NCBI GenBank assembly: GCA_964466455.1
Contig: CAYXNL010000003.1
Coordinates: 7,268-71,267 of the forward strand
Length of the DNA stretch: 64,000 nt
Direction: 5' to 3'
Source of the DNA: an uncultured Thiotrichaceae bacterium
Lineage (GTDB): Bacteria > Pseudomonadota > Gammaproteobacteria > SZUA-229
Shown here in pieces: positions 10,510-24,105 of the stretch. The notes below the pieces were generated by a model. That model was not told where the DNA came from, ran no database searches, and saw only the letters and a list, made by a program, of their open reading frames with translations. Position 1 is the stretch's first letter, and every line of letters starts with the position of its first letter. The translations under genes were made by a program, and so were the position numbers.

Positions 10510-11511
10510 TCAACGGCTACGCCCGGCAATATGGAAACTCATGCCCATAATTTCATCCCAGACATTTGACTGAGAAAGCCCTTTACTGGCCCGATCAATA
10601 CGCGCACAACGTTTTATCATTGCCTGAAAAAATCGCACTGAATGACGCTGCAAACAGCTCTTGAATAACACAACACGACTAGCCCATATACCGGAACGGC
10701 GTAACAGAGAATCGGCAGAAGAAATATCTTCGGCTGCTTTTGCCAGCAAGCGGATATCTTTCACCAGCATACTGTTAATTAACAATGGTTCCATCCCTTC
10801 TGCTTTTAAGCCGTCCACAATCCGGATCACACGTGACTGGTTACCTTTTAATATCATATCCATCAGTTCAAACAGGCTATAGCGTGACTGTCGGGTCATG
10901 GCCTCGGCAACATCGCTATAATGTACTTTGCCAGGACCGATTAACAGCAGTAACTTATCAATTTCCTGCACAGCAGCCAGTAAGTTACCTTCAATATGCT
11001 GACATACATAAGCAACAACATCTGTATCGGGCTGCATACCCACCCGTAAAAATCGCTGTTTTACCCATGCGGGTAAATTTTCTACCTTTACCTGCCAGCA
11101 CTGCACCACCATTGCGTACTGTTCAATCGCCTTAAACCAGGCGCTTTTTTTAGTGCTCGAATCAACTCTGCCGGCATTCACAAGCACCACAATATCTTCC
11201 ACCGGATGCTGACAGTATTCCTTTATTATCTGCCCTCCCTGCCTGCCAGGTTTAGTTGATGGCAACCGTAACTCAAGTATCCGCCGTTGTGCAAACAGTG
11301 ACATCGTTGCCGTTTCATCGGTAAAACGCTGCCAGTCAAAATTAGCATCAATATCCAGTACTTCTCGTTCGCTATAATCCTGCGTTCTCAAAAACTGGCG
11401 GATCGCATCGCCCGCTTCCATCTGCTGCAGGGGTTCATCACCACAGACAAAATAGAGTGGGAATACTTTATCTGTTAGCGTTGCAGACAACTGATCGGGT
11501 CGAACGTTCAT
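10510..11511 (-). CDS. holA: DNA polymerase III delta subunit
   Basis: 333 aa; position leuS-lptE-holA conserved with E. coli; N-terminal LYFVCGDEPLQQMEAGDAIRQ typical of HolA. Confidence 0.85.
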   Translation of the reverse strand: MNVRPDQLSATLTDKVFPLYFVCGDEPLQQMEAGDAIRQFLRTQDYSEREVLDIDANFDWQRFTDETATMSLFAQRRILELRLPSTKPGRQGGQIIKEYCQHPVEDIVVLVNAGRVDSSTKKSAWFKAIEQYAMVVQCWQVKVENLPAWVKQRFLRVGMQPDTDVVAYVCQHIEGNLLAAVQEIDKLLLLIGPGKVHYSDVAEAMTRQSRYSLFELMDMILKGNQSRVIRIVDGLKAEGMEPLLINSMLVKDIRLLAKAAEDISSADSLLRRSGIWASRVVLFKSCLQRHSVRFFQAMIKRCARIDRASKGLSQSNVWDEIMGMSFHIAGRSR

Positions 11512-11520
11512 GGCGGTACC

Positions 11521-12090
11521 TTACAATACTTTGGCATCCTTACCTGTGCTGTTATGATCATTGTTCTGCGCTGGAATATTTTCTGTCTGCGAAGACAATG
11601 CTTCCAGCTTCAACAGAATACGTAGCGCTGCATCACGTTGCATATCCAGATATAGATTGGCTGATTCATTGGTTGCACCCAGTACCGCGCCAGGATCAAA
11701 CAGCAGGGTTCGTGTTAATACAATACGGTGTTTTATTTCTTTAAAATCCTTTCCCCTGAAGGCAACGGTTACCGTATAGGTCAGCAGGTACTCGTGTGCC
11801 CGTCCATTACTGTCAACGGATAAAACTCGACGATTTTTTGTATCACCAAGTAGAATAATGCTGGATTTCGCCTGAGCAGGTACGCTAACCAGATCAATCC
11901 GATTGCCCAGTAACAGCGCTCTTACCTTACGTGCCAGTTCATAAGAACTGTTTTCCTGCAGATAAACAGGTGACAGTTCGGGGGATAGTACCACCGCGCC
12001 GCGCAGGTGAAAGCCACAGGCCGACAATGTAGTGAAGATAAGCAGTAATACGACTGCCAGTGCATAATGTTGTTTTATATTCTTCTGCAT
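11521..12090 (-). CDS. lptE: LPS-assembly lipoprotein LptE
   Basis: 189 aa; lipobox LSACGFHLRG matching E. coli LptE (ACGWHLRD); sits between leuS and holA. Confidence 0.8.
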   Translation of the reverse strand: MQKNIKQHYALAVVLLLIFTTLSACGFHLRGAVVLSPELSPVYLQENSSYELARKVRALLLGNRIDLVSVPAQAKSSIILLGDTKNRRVLSVDSNGRAHEYLLTYTVTVAFRGKDFKEIKHRIVLTRTLLFDPGAVLGATNESANLYLDMQRDAALRILLKLEALSSQTENIPAQNNDHNSTGKDAKVL

Positions 12091-12109
12091 AGGTTTACGT
12101 TTTTAGCTG

Positions 12110-14617
<2,508 letters not shown>

Positions 14618-14699
14618 CTATATAATATGATAAATATTTGTTGAGCTGGATTTTACATGATATTAGCGTGGAACCCGAGTAGAAATCAGGAGTTAGCCG

Positions 14700-15071
14700 G
14701 TGAATAACAAAACAAATGTTCGTCGCCCCAATTTTATCCGCCGCAATCATCTGTTGATCGCCTACAATCAGATGATTATCGACATGGAAGACATACTCAA
14801 ACAGAGTCCGCATGGCTTGCTTTCGCTACAGGAAACACTGGACACAGCACTGACACGCGCACTGCAATCCGGTAATATCAATAAAGCTGAAGCAGCTGAA
14901 ATAACCTGGTATATTAAAAATGATATCAATGATGTGGCTGATTTCATTATGGAATCAGGCGCTGAATATTATGACTGGCTGTTACTGGATATCGAAATCA
15001 TTGAACACAGGGTGCTGACCCAGTATCTGTCTGCAGCCAGTCTCACCCGAACTATCATGGAAGATCTCTGA
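14700..15071 (+). CDS. hypothetical protein (occupies the ybeL position divergent from leuS; weak resemblance to DUF1451 N-terminal region)
   Basis: 123-aa ORF, acidic and helical, no C-terminal zinc ribbon; only positional and very weak sequence support. Confidence 0.35.
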   Translation: MNNKTNVRRPNFIRRNHLLIAYNQMIIDMEDILKQSPHGLLSLQETLDTALTRALQSGNINKAEAAEITWYIKNDINDVADFIMESGAEYYDWLLLDIEIIEHRVLTQYLSAASLTRTIMEDL

Positions 15072-15155
15072 ATCTTGGACGATTCTAATCTCAGGTTGCC
15101 ATTGCCCGGTAGCCATCTTTTTGCTTAAGGCCGCAATCAATTAATAGAGGTGTCC

Positions 15156-17408
15156 TTAATGTGATTTACCATACGGCGGCACATCCTGCGTTAGATCAGC
15201 CATGGTTAAAGTATCATTATTAGTACGTTGCTGATAAATTAGCGTGTAGGTCAATACAGAGATAACATAGTCGCGTGTTTCCTCGTAGGGAATAGTTTCT
15301 ATCCAGATATCCGCTGGAACCATCTCATTGCGAGGCAACCACCGTTTTACCCGCTCCGGCCCGGCATTATAAGCAGCCAGAGCGATGGCATAATGTCCAT
15401 TATATCTGTTCAGCAATTTCTGATAATAATAGGCACCATATTTTAGATTTTTCACCGGGTCGAACAGGCTCCGGTTACCCCGCCAGCGTTCATTAAAATG
15501 CCTTGCAATCTGGCGAGCCGTACGTGGCATGATCTGCATCAGACCCCGTGCCCCAGTTGGAGAATAGGCATTTTCATTAAACGCACTTTCACGGCGTATC
15601 AGGCCGAAAAGGATTGCCGGGTTTAGTTTCTGCCGCAAAGCATTCCTGTAGACACTTGCAGAATAAGCCAGTGGAAAACGCATAACAACATCATCCCATA
15701 GTTTTACTTTCGCAATGGTAAAAATAGCAATCTCATCCCATTGCCACTGTTGCGCCAGCTTTGCCGCCACAATAATTTCCTGCTTATCAAGTGAACGCAG
15801 CGCATACCACCATTGTAACTTTGCTTCATTAATTTTATTCAGTACGATAAATTCAGATACAGCACGAAATGATTTACGCTGTTTCAGTGCGTTGATTTCA
15901 TCGGCAGTTACCTGTAACGGGCTATCCGATAACTGGTAGATGCGGTTAACTCTGTCTGCGGCAAGATAACCATAATAACTGCGTCGGGTGGATAACCGCG
16001 AAAAAATTTTCTCCGCTTCTTTGGCTTTGCCGGTTTGCAGATAGGCACGTGCCAGCCAGTATTGCCATTTCTCCTGCTGACGATCAACCTTATCCAGCGC
16101 AGTAATGGCATCAATAACACCTGTCCAGTTCTGTTCAATCAGAGCAGCACGAATACGCCATGTGCGGCTGCTGTCATCACGCAGATCTAACTGACTGAAA
16201 CGTGAATAGGCTCCTGGCTCCCGGCTGAATACCAGTGCAAGAGCCAGACATTTTTCCATTTTCTCTGTCTGCGCTTTATCCATAGTAAAGTGTTTTTTGT
16301 CTGCATCCCACAATGAAATGGCCGTATTAACATCTTTAGCCGCCATCCGACTAATTGCATGAAAAAACATAAGTCGTGTCTGCGCATTAACAGGCAGAGC
16401 TAAAAGCTGCTGGAAAGAACGCCGCGGGTGTTTATGTAGTTTTAACCATAAAGAGGCAATGGCCTGATTTTCTGCCGGCATCAGTTTTTTAACATAGAGA
16501 GCCAGAGAAACTTTATTATTACGCAGCGCCGCATTAAAACGTTGCCAGCGAAGATCCTGCGTAAAAAGAGCTGAATGTTTCAGTTGTGTGAAAAGAGGGT
16601 TACATTCTTCAGGCTGCGAATACCCCACCGACCAGAGTTTCTGTGCAGCTTTTAGTGCGAGTTGTTTTTCTCCTAGATAAAACTGTGCACGGTGAAAATA
16701 ACAGACCAGCGTTTTATCGTGATTATCATTATAGTATTGCAGAAAAGTTTTCCAACGCCTGTGTTTTGCCAGATGATATAGCCAACGATATTTCAGCAAC
16801 GGCGCATAACGTGATGCCTTGTTCTGCGCCAGAAAATCCTTTATCTTCTGCGTATCACCCATATGTTTCTTTAACCATTGGTATTGCAGATAAGGATATA
16901 GCGGGTAGCCCTGTAACTGATCGGCCAGTAGAAAATAGTGTCGGTCATCACCCTTTTTTATATAATCTTCTGCGCGCAGAAATAACTGACGCAAATGGGC
17001 AATTTCTTTGCCACTAACCGATTGTTCAATATGGGGCTGTCCGATAGGCGGTTGTTCATTATGCAGGTATTCACTATGCGGGGGCTCACTATACCTGTGA
17101 GAATTTGAGTATACTGAATCATCTATCGTCTGATTTCGTCGGGTATGTATAATTCTTTTCTGCTGCCCGATAGCGCTAATTTTATCCGGCAATAGATCGG
17201 TATTTATTTTTGCCAGCATCTGAGAGGAACCACTACCGGGTAATTCAGCTCGAAATGTTGGTACATTCACCGGGTCACTATCACCAGCCTGAGTTTTTTT
17301 CTCCTGACTTAAAACATCGGCGGAAAAAAACAGGCTGACTGTACACATTAACAGCAGCAAAGTGTGATGGTAAGTATTCATCCTCTGTGACCCATTCAGG
17401 TCTGGCAA
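15156..17408 (-). CDS. slt: soluble lytic murein transglycosylase (Slt70 family)
   Basis: 750 aa; signal peptide, long superhelical N-terminal domain and C-terminal lysozyme-like domain with catalytic motif ESAFNENAYSPTGARGLMQIMPRTA. Confidence 0.85.
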   Translation of the reverse strand: MPDLNGSQRMNTYHHTLLLLMCTVSLFFSADVLSQEKKTQAGDSDPVNVPTFRAELPGSGSSQMLAKINTDLLPDKISAIGQQKRIIHTRRNQTIDDSVYSNSHRYSEPPHSEYLHNEQPPIGQPHIEQSVSGKEIAHLRQLFLRAEDYIKKGDDRHYFLLADQLQGYPLYPYLQYQWLKKHMGDTQKIKDFLAQNKASRYAPLLKYRWLYHLAKHRRWKTFLQYYNDNHDKTLVCYFHRAQFYLGEKQLALKAAQKLWSVGYSQPEECNPLFTQLKHSALFTQDLRWQRFNAALRNNKVSLALYVKKLMPAENQAIASLWLKLHKHPRRSFQQLLALPVNAQTRLMFFHAISRMAAKDVNTAISLWDADKKHFTMDKAQTEKMEKCLALALVFSREPGAYSRFSQLDLRDDSSRTWRIRAALIEQNWTGVIDAITALDKVDRQQEKWQYWLARAYLQTGKAKEAEKIFSRLSTRRSYYGYLAADRVNRIYQLSDSPLQVTADEINALKQRKSFRAVSEFIVLNKINEAKLQWWYALRSLDKQEIIVAAKLAQQWQWDEIAIFTIAKVKLWDDVVMRFPLAYSASVYRNALRQKLNPAILFGLIRRESAFNENAYSPTGARGLMQIMPRTARQIARHFNERWRGNRSLFDPVKNLKYGAYYYQKLLNRYNGHYAIALAAYNAGPERVKRWLPRNEMVPADIWIETIPYEETRDYVISVLTYTLIYQQRTNNDTLTMADLTQDVPPYGKSH

Positions 17409-17495
17409 TTCTGAATTGACACTAACCCGGCCTGAAATAATCAGCCATGATCAACGCGTTCCTGAGCATAATAAAAAAGAAAACATCGGAATAAC

Positions 17496-19091
17496 TTATG
17501 AGCGGCCAATCCCCCTGTTCGCCTTCCGATTTTTTTTCAGTATGTCTACCAGAATTGTAGTTCGCAGCACACAGAAAACCAGCGGCAGCGCACAAAGTAG
17601 TAAAATCAGTGAATCGCCCCAGATAACATAGGGGGTTGATCCGCTATAAGGCTGCACCAGGCCGGTAAGGGCAACCCGTCGAAACTGCGGTGCCAGCTTC
17701 TCTACCCCGCCATCAGGTTCAATAATAGAGCTGATGCCAGTATTGGTTGAACGTACCATATAACGCCCACTTTCCAGTGCCCGCATACGGGCAATATCAT
17801 GATGCTGCCAGGGTTCAGATGAGTCACCAAACCAGGCATCATTACTAACATTCAGTAAAAACTGCGCCTGTGGTAGCGTACTGCGAATATCCCGTGCGAA
17901 AGCATCTTCAAAACAAATTGACAGCCCCGCTGGTACACCTACCAGCCTCATCAACGGCTGATGTGCAGCACCGCTGGCAATATCCGACATCGGAATATTC
18001 ACCCAGCGGCGAAAAAAATCAATCAGAAAACGCAGCGGGATATATTCACCCAGTGGCACCAGGTGGCGCTTATTATAAATTTCGCCATCCGTATTAAGAA
18101 TACTATTCAAAAATTGTCGTTTATTATTTTCAGTAAAAATACCGAATACTAAATCTGTGCCTCTGGCCTGCATGGCCTGTTTCATCTCCTGCAGAAAAGG
18201 CAGCTCCTGTAATCGAAAATCAGGAATCGCTGTTTCCGGCCAGACAATCAGATTAACATCTCTGTTCTGTTCAAGGGTTAACTGGCGGTATATATTCAGC
18301 GTTGGCCGACGCATTTCCGGTCGCCATTTCTGCGATTGCGGAATATTTCCCTGAATAATACTAACCTTGAATGGTTTTCCCTGTGGCTGCGTCCAGTGCA
18401 CCGTTTTCAGCGCAGCACCCAAACCCCAGATAAATATTATAGTAAGCAAACTGAGTAGAATAAAACGAAAATGAATGCTCTGACGTGACTTCAGCAAAGA
18501 ATAAAACCGGGTAAGCAGTAAAGCCAGCGCACCGGCCGTTACCGCAACCAGACCACTAACGCCGTGTGAACCGAATAACGGTGCATAGCCAGCCAGAGCG
18601 GTATCAAGTTGGGTATAACCCGTTTGCATCCAGGAAAATCCGGTTAATACGATTCCCTGTAACCATTCAAAGATAACCCAGGCAGCCGGATAATACAGTA
18701 ATAGACGTAACACCGGACGTTGCGGGCAAAAACGGTTAACCACATAAGCGGTAAAGCCGGTATAGATCCCCAGATAGCAGGCAAGTAAAATAACCAGCAT
18801 GATGGCAAACGGGGCCGGGGTTCCACCGTGAAGGTGCAGGCTGTAATAGATCCAGTTTATTCCCGTTGCCTGTAAACCCGCGCCATATAACCAGCCACTG
18901 AACCAGGCGCGCTTTGGCGTTAACTGCTGCCACAGACTGAAAATAACCGCCTGTGAAACAAACACCAGCCAGACGTGATTATAGGGGGCAAATGCCAGCG
19001 TGGCTCCCGCTCCGGCCACCACACTGATACATAAATACAGATAATAGCGCCGGGACGAAAATAATGGGCTTGCCGATAAAGAGCCGGACAT
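17496..19091 (-). CDS. lnt: apolipoprotein N-acyltransferase
   Basis: 531 aa; multi-pass membrane N-terminus plus CN-hydrolase domain; conserved lnt-corC-ybeY-ybeZ-miaB order. Confidence 0.85.
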   Translation of the reverse strand: MSGSLSASPLFSSRRYYLYLCISVVAGAGATLAFAPYNHVWLVFVSQAVIFSLWQQLTPKRAWFSGWLYGAGLQATGINWIYYSLHLHGGTPAPFAIMLVILLACYLGIYTGFTAYVVNRFCPQRPVLRLLLYYPAAWVIFEWLQGIVLTGFSWMQTGYTQLDTALAGYAPLFGSHGVSGLVAVTAGALALLLTRFYSLLKSRQSIHFRFILLSLLTIIFIWGLGAALKTVHWTQPQGKPFKVSIIQGNIPQSQKWRPEMRRPTLNIYRQLTLEQNRDVNLIVWPETAIPDFRLQELPFLQEMKQAMQARGTDLVFGIFTENNKRQFLNSILNTDGEIYNKRHLVPLGEYIPLRFLIDFFRRWVNIPMSDIASGAAHQPLMRLVGVPAGLSICFEDAFARDIRSTLPQAQFLLNVSNDAWFGDSSEPWQHHDIARMRALESGRYMVRSTNTGISSIIEPDGGVEKLAPQFRRVALTGLVQPYSGSTPYVIWGDSLILLLCALPLVFCVLRTTILVDILKKNRKANRGIGRS

Positions 19092-19100
19092 ACGATACGC

Positions 19101-19994
19101 TCAGGAAGTTTTATCAGCAACCGAATCGGTTGCTATTTCTGTATGCTCACCGGATTGATTATCGGTTTTTGACAACAACGTAATCTGCATGGTATTAATA
19201 CGACGTGAGTTTGCGCTGATAATTTTAAACAGGTATTTTCCCATTTTTATTTCTTCACCACGTTGTGGTAAATGCCCTGCTTCGTGAGTTACCAGCCCTG
19301 CCATAGTGTCAAATTTATCCTCTGACAGCGTGTCATTAAAAAAATGGTTAAATTCGTCAATTGGAGTCAGACCACGGATATTATAGCGCCTGAAGCCACT
19401 GCGTTGGATATTTGTCACATCGGCAGCGTCATGCTCATCGTCAATCTCACCGACAATTTCTTCCAGCACATCTTCAATCGTCACCACCCCCGCAACACCG
19501 CTGTACTCATCGATGACGATAGCCATATGATTACGACTTTTACGGAAATCCTTGAGTAGAACATTCAGGCGTTTACTTTCCGGTACAAAGACAGCCGGAC
19601 GCATAATATCCTTCAGTTCAAAACTGGCACGTCTGTTTTCATCCTGATAATGCGCCAGATCTTTGGCCAGCAAAATACCTTCCACATTATCTAAACTTTC
19701 ATCCACTACCGGAAAACGTGAATGGCCGGAATTTGCAATAATGACCAGCATATCCTCCACACTCATATCATTAAATATCGCCACTACGTGTGAACGAGGC
19801 ACCATAATATCGCGTACCCGCATTTCAGAAACCTGAAACACCCCCTCAATCATCATCAGGGAATCCAGATTGATAATACCTTCGTGTTGCGCGTCACGTA
19901 AATGCTGCAATAATAAAGCACGCTCATCTTTATCCTTGCTGAAATAACGCTTTAACGTAGTGATAAAGGATCCTTTCTCTAGCTGACTATTCAT
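19101..19994 (-). CDS. corC: Mg2+/Co2+ efflux-associated CBS-domain protein CorC (YbeX)
   Basis: 297 aa; tandem CBS domains plus CorC_HlyC C-terminal domain; synteny. Confidence 0.85.
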   Translation of the reverse strand: MNSQLEKGSFITTLKRYFSKDKDERALLLQHLRDAQHEGIINLDSLMMIEGVFQVSEMRVRDIMVPRSHVVAIFNDMSVEDMLVIIANSGHSRFPVVDESLDNVEGILLAKDLAHYQDENRRASFELKDIMRPAVFVPESKRLNVLLKDFRKSRNHMAIVIDEYSGVAGVVTIEDVLEEIVGEIDDEHDAADVTNIQRSGFRRYNIRGLTPIDEFNHFFNDTLSEDKFDTMAGLVTHEAGHLPQRGEEIKMGKYLFKIISANSRRINTMQITLLSKTDNQSGEHTEIATDSVADKTS

Positions 19995-19998
19995 TGTA

Positions 19999-20535
19999 TT
20001 ACTGATACGGATCGGGGTAACCCAGTTGGTTTAATAAAGACACTTCAAGCCGTTCCATCTCCTTTGCCTGTGCCGGTTCGATATGATCATACCCCTGTAA
20101 ATGTAACATACCATGCACAATCATATGCGCCCAGTGTGATAACGGGGTTTTGTTCTGTGTCTGCGCTTCGTGTTTAATTACCGGTGCACACAACACAATA
20201 TCCCCCAGTGGCTGACAGGAAATATCATCAGCGCCAGGCACATCGATAAATGGCATGGAGAATGAAAGTACATTCGTGGGTTTGTTTTTATGACGGAACT
20301 GCATATTAAGTTGTTGTATTTCTTCCATACCGGTAATGCGCAGACTGACACTGGCTGGTGGTTCTTTTTCCATTACTTTTTTTTCCATGCTGATCTGTTT
20401 AGCGATGGTTTCTTTAGCAGGAAAATAAGCCTTTAGTACCCATTTTTCCAGTAATGCTGTCTCCGGCACATCCTCAATATCAGAATCAGGCATTTCAGAC
20501 AGGCTGATATCAACCGTCAACTCGGCACTACACAT
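19999..20535 (-). CDS. ybeY: rRNA maturation endoribonuclease YbeY
   Basis: 178 aa; metal-binding motif HGMLHLQGYDH. Confidence 0.9.
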   Translation of the reverse strand: MCSAELTVDISLSEMPDSDIEDVPETALLEKWVLKAYFPAKETIAKQISMEKKVMEKEPPASVSLRITGMEEIQQLNMQFRHKNKPTNVLSFSMPFIDVPGADDISCQPLGDIVLCAPVIKHEAQTQNKTPLSHWAHMIVHGMLHLQGYDHIEPAQAKEMERLEVSLLNQLGYPDPYQ

Positions 20536-20537
20536 AA

Positions 20538-21665
20538 TTAATTTGATTCATCCAGTTCATAGGCGTGAACAATTTTTTTCACCAGTGGATGACGGACAAT
20601 ATCATCTTTATGAAATCGGATGATTCCCACCTCTTTAATATCAGACAGGATTTTTAATGCATGGCGTAAGCCCGAAGTTTTTTCTCTGGGTAAATCCACC
20701 TGTGAGATATCACCAGTTACTACCGCCTTAGAACCAAAACCAATACGTGTTAAAAACATCTTCATTTGATCAATGGTCGTATTCTGAGCTTCATCAAGAA
20801 TAATAAAGGAATCATTAAGGGTACGCCCGCGCATATAGGCAAGCGGTGCAATCTCGATTATATTCCGCTCCAGTGCTTTGGCTACTTTCTGCTGCCCCAT
20901 CAGATCAAATAATGCATCGTACATCGGACGCAGATAAGGGTCTATTTTCTGCGCCAGGTCGCCCGGCAAAAACCCCAGTCTTTCACCGGCCTCAACGGCC
21001 GGTCGAACCAGAATCACCCGATCAACCCGGTTATTTTCAAGCGCTTCTACCGCACAGGCAACTGCCAGATAAGTTTTGCCAGTACCCGCAGGCCCGACTC
21101 CAAGTGTCAGATCATTATTTTTTATCTGTTCCAGATATTGCTGCTGACTTCTGCCACGGCCATTAACTTGTCCGTGTCCATTTCTAACACTGCTGTATGG
21201 TTGTCGTATTTGTGCTGCTTCACCGGTTTCCAGATTTACATCGGGTTGTGGAGAGTCAAACACTGCATCGACTTCCGGCTGTGATCTGTCGGTATCCTGA
21301 TTCACTGTGGCTAAACCTGACGCAGCTTCTTTTTTATTTGCCCTGGTTATACTGCCAGCAGAGTTGATATTATTCGTCATATTATCATTAAGATATAGCT
21401 GCACACTGGCAGGTGACAATGTTTCATGCCCGGCAACATTGTATAAGGTCTGAATTACTGTCTTGACTGCTTTCAGCCCACGCCCGTCACCCTGCACTTC
21501 AAACTGGTTACTACGACAATCAATACTGACATTAAACCAGGATCCAATCTGCTGCAAATACTCATTAAACGGGCCACACAAATTTGCTAATCTGGCATTA
21601 TCAATCGGTATTAATTCAAACTGAATACAGGTAATTTGAGGCTGATCTGAAAGTTTATGGTTCAT
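20538..21665 (-). CDS. ybeZ: PhoH-like ATPase YbeZ
   Basis: 375 aa; Walker [14 protein letters not shown]; N-terminal extension relative to E. coli YbeZ; synteny. Confidence 0.85.
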   Translation of the reverse strand: MNHKLSDQPQITCIQFELIPIDNARLANLCGPFNEYLQQIGSWFNVSIDCRSNQFEVQGDGRGLKAVKTVIQTLYNVAGHETLSPASVQLYLNDNMTNNINSAGSITRANKKEAASGLATVNQDTDRSQPEVDAVFDSPQPDVNLETGEAAQIRQPYSSVRNGHGQVNGRGRSQQQYLEQIKNNDLTLGVGPAGTGKTYLAVACAVEALENNRVDRVILVRPAVEAGERLGFLPGDLAQKIDPYLRPMYDALFDLMGQQKVAKALERNIIEIAPLAYMRGRTLNDSFIILDEAQNTTIDQMKMFLTRIGFGSKAVVTGDISQVDLPREKTSGLRHALKILSDIKEVGIIRFHKDDIVRHPLVKKIVHAYELDESN

Positions 21666-21680
21666 AAAAGGCAGACAGGA

Positions 21681-23099
21681 CTACTGGGTGGAAAATTCCG
21701 CAACGGATAAATTTACTGCTTCTCGGCCATGAGAATCTATCCCGGCTTTTATTTCACCCTGAAGCGAATTAGTTAAAGCTTCCGTAATTCGTACCTCAAC
21801 AAACTGGCCGATAAGGGAGTGATCACCAGCAAAATTCACCACCCGATTATTTTCTGTGCGGCCGGATATCTGTGTTTCACTTTTCTTTGAAACTCCTTCT
21901 ATCAGTACACGTTGAATGCTTCCAACCATTTGCCGGTTAATCACGGCAGCGTTTGCGCTAATAGCTGCCTGTAATATCGCCAACCGGTGTTTTTTTATTA
22001 AATCGGTAGTTGTATCACTGAGTATGGATGCGGGTGTACCGGGTCGCGCACTGTAGATAAAACTGAATGACTGGTCAAAACCAATTGCATCAATCAGTTT
22101 CATGGTATCAGCAAAATCCGCATCGGTTTCACCGGGGAAACCAACAATAAAATCCGATGAGATGCTAATACCCGGCCGCGCCTGCTGCAGTCGGTGAATA
22201 ATATTAATATACTCGTCTGTAGTATGACCGCGTTTCATTGCTGCCAGAATACGGTTGGAGCCAGACTGTACCGGCAGATGCAGGAAACTTACCAGTTCCG
22301 GCACATCGGCATACGCCTGAATTAAATCATCGTTAAACTCAATTGGGTGTGAAGTGGTAAAACGAATTCGGTCAACACCATCAATCTGCGCCACATAATG
22401 CAGCAACAAGGCGAGATCTGCCTGCTCGCCATCATTCATTTCACCTCGGTAAGCATTAACATTCTGCCCCAGCAGATTAACTTCACGCACACCCTGCTGC
22501 GCCAGCGCGACGATTTCTGCCAGCACATCATCAAAAGGTCGGCTAACTTCTTCACCCCGTGTATAGGGCACCACACAATAAGTACAGTATTTACTGCACC
22601 CTTCCATAATAGAAACAAAAGCACTCGGACCATCGGCCTCAGGCTGAGGCATACAGTCAAACTTTTCAATTTCCGGGAAACTGATATCCACCACTTTTTT
22701 ATGCAAATGGCCCACGCTGTCCAGCATATCGGGCAGACGATGAATCGTCTGTGGACCAAAAACTATATCCACATAGGGCGCACGTTTCTGAATATTTTCG
22801 CCCTCCTGACTGGCTACGCAACCACCCACGCCAATTACCAGATCGGGTTTCTCCTGCTTCCAGTTTTTCCAGCGTCCGAGTTGGGAAAACACCTTTTCCT
22901 GTGCTTTTTCGCGAATGGAACAGGTGTTAAGCAGTAATACATCCGCTTCTTCTGGTTTACTGGTTAATTCAAGCTGGTGGGATTGCTCCAGCACCTGTGA
23001 GATACGCGAGGAGTCGTACTCATTCATCTGACAGCCGAATGTTTTGATATACAGTTTCCGGATGGATAAAGAACTGGACTGATTTTCGGGTTTACTCAT
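21681..23099 (-). CDS. miaB: tRNA-2-methylthio-N6-dimethylallyladenosine synthase
   Basis: [16 protein letters not shown] matches E. coli Mia[17 protein letters not shown]; radical-SAM CxxxCxxC (CSKYCTYC) and TRAM domain present. The first ATG of the ORF-track frame is at 23129; internal Met at 23099 gives an N-terminus closer to E. coli length. Confidence 0.85.
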   Translation of the reverse strand: MSKPENQSSSLSIRKLYIKTFGCQMNEYDSSRISQVLEQSHQLELTSKPEEADVLLLNTCSIREKAQEKVFSQLGRWKNWKQEKPDLVIGVGGCVASQEGENIQKRAPYVDIVFGPQTIHRLPDMLDSVGHLHKKVVDISFPEIEKFDCMPQPEADGPSAFVSIMEGCSKYCTYCVVPYTRGEEVSRPFDDVLAEIVALAQQGVREVNLLGQNVNAYRGEMNDGEQADLALLLHYVAQIDGVDRIRFTTSHPIEFNDDLIQAYADVPELVSFLHLPVQSGSNRILAAMKRGHTTDEYINIIHRLQQARPGISISSDFIVGFPGETDADFADTMKLIDAIGFDQSFSFIYSARPGTPASILSDTTTDLIKKHRLAILQAAISANAAVINRQMVGSIQRVLIEGVSKKSETQISGRTENNRVVNFAGDHSLIGQFVEVRITEALTNSLQGEIKAGIDSHGREAVNLSVAEFSTQ

Positions 23100-23201
23100 T
23101 AAATAATAAGAAAAATGGTTCACAAGCACTTAGAATACCATGCCGACCACCCTGATTTCTATCTGTAGATAGGGATAATTTATGGTTTCTCATATAGTTT
23201 C

Positions 23202-24089
23202 TCAGGCAATATCTTCCATACACATCTGTAACCCCTGTTTCCAGTCCGGAATTTTCACTGCAAAATGACTTTCCAGTCGGGTCAGTTGCAAACGCGAATT
23301 CATCGGGCGTTGTGCTGGCGTCGGGTATGCGTCGGTAGCAATCGCTTTAATGGCACTAACTTTTAATGGCTGCCTGAAGATATTACGGGCAAGGCGAATA
23401 ATTTCTTCGGCAAAGCCCTGCCAACTGGTTTCCCCTGCTGCGGTGAGATGATACAGATCCGATGAAAAAACACCTGCCACCCGCTCTTTAACCGCCTGCT
23501 GCATACACAAAATACTGGTATCAGCGATCAGTCTGGCTGATGTGGGTGAACCAATCTGGTCGCTAACAATACTTAATTCGTCCCTCTGTGCAGCCAGCCT
23601 TAAAATAGTGAGTAAAAAATTATGTCCCCTGGAAGCATAGACCCATGAGGTGCGAAAAATCAGATAGTCACAGCCCGAGGCCTGAATCACCTGTTCGCCA
23701 CCCAGTTTACTTCGACCATAGGCATTCACCGGACGGGGTATATCCGTTTCCGTATAGGACGTTACTTTAGTGCCATCAAAAATATAATCTGTCGAATAAT
23801 GAACCAGCAGAGCACCCAGTTTTCCGGCCTCTTCCGCCAGCACACCGGGGGCTGTTTTATTGATAATCGTAGCAAGTTCTTCTTCGTCTTCAGCTTTATC
23901 CACCGCAGTATAGGCGACAGCATTGACAATAATATCCGGCTGAATTTGCCAAATGCGTCCTCTCAGGCTATCCGGGTCAGAAAAATCCACATCATTACGC
24001 CCCAGCGCAACAACATCACCCAGTGGTTGTGCACTACGGTTCAATTCCCAGCCTAGCTGGCCATTTTTTCCAAACAGGAGAATTTTCAT
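23202..24089 (-). CDS. rmlD: dTDP-4-dehydrorhamnose reductase family protein (RmlD-like), orphan
   Basis: 295 aa; MKILLFGKNGQLGWEL Rossmann N-terminus and YxxxK (YGRSKLGGE) of RmlD-type SDR; no rmlA/B/C in the window. Confidence 0.75.
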   Translation of the reverse strand: MKILLFGKNGQLGWELNRSAQPLGDVVALGRNDVDFSDPDSLRGRIWQIQPDIIVNAVAYTAVDKAEDEEELATIINKTAPGVLAEEAGKLGALLVHYSTDYIFDGTKVTSYTETDIPRPVNAYGRSKLGGEQVIQASGCDYLIFRTSWVYASRGHNFLLTILRLAAQRDELSIVSDQIGSPTSARLIADTSILCMQQAVKERVAGVFSSDLYHLTAAGETSWQGFAEEIIRLARNIFRQPLKVSAIKAIATDAYPTPAQRPMNSRLQLTRLESHFAVKIPDWKQGLQMCMEDIA

Positions 24090-24105
24090 TTAATGAGTAT
24101 CTTTG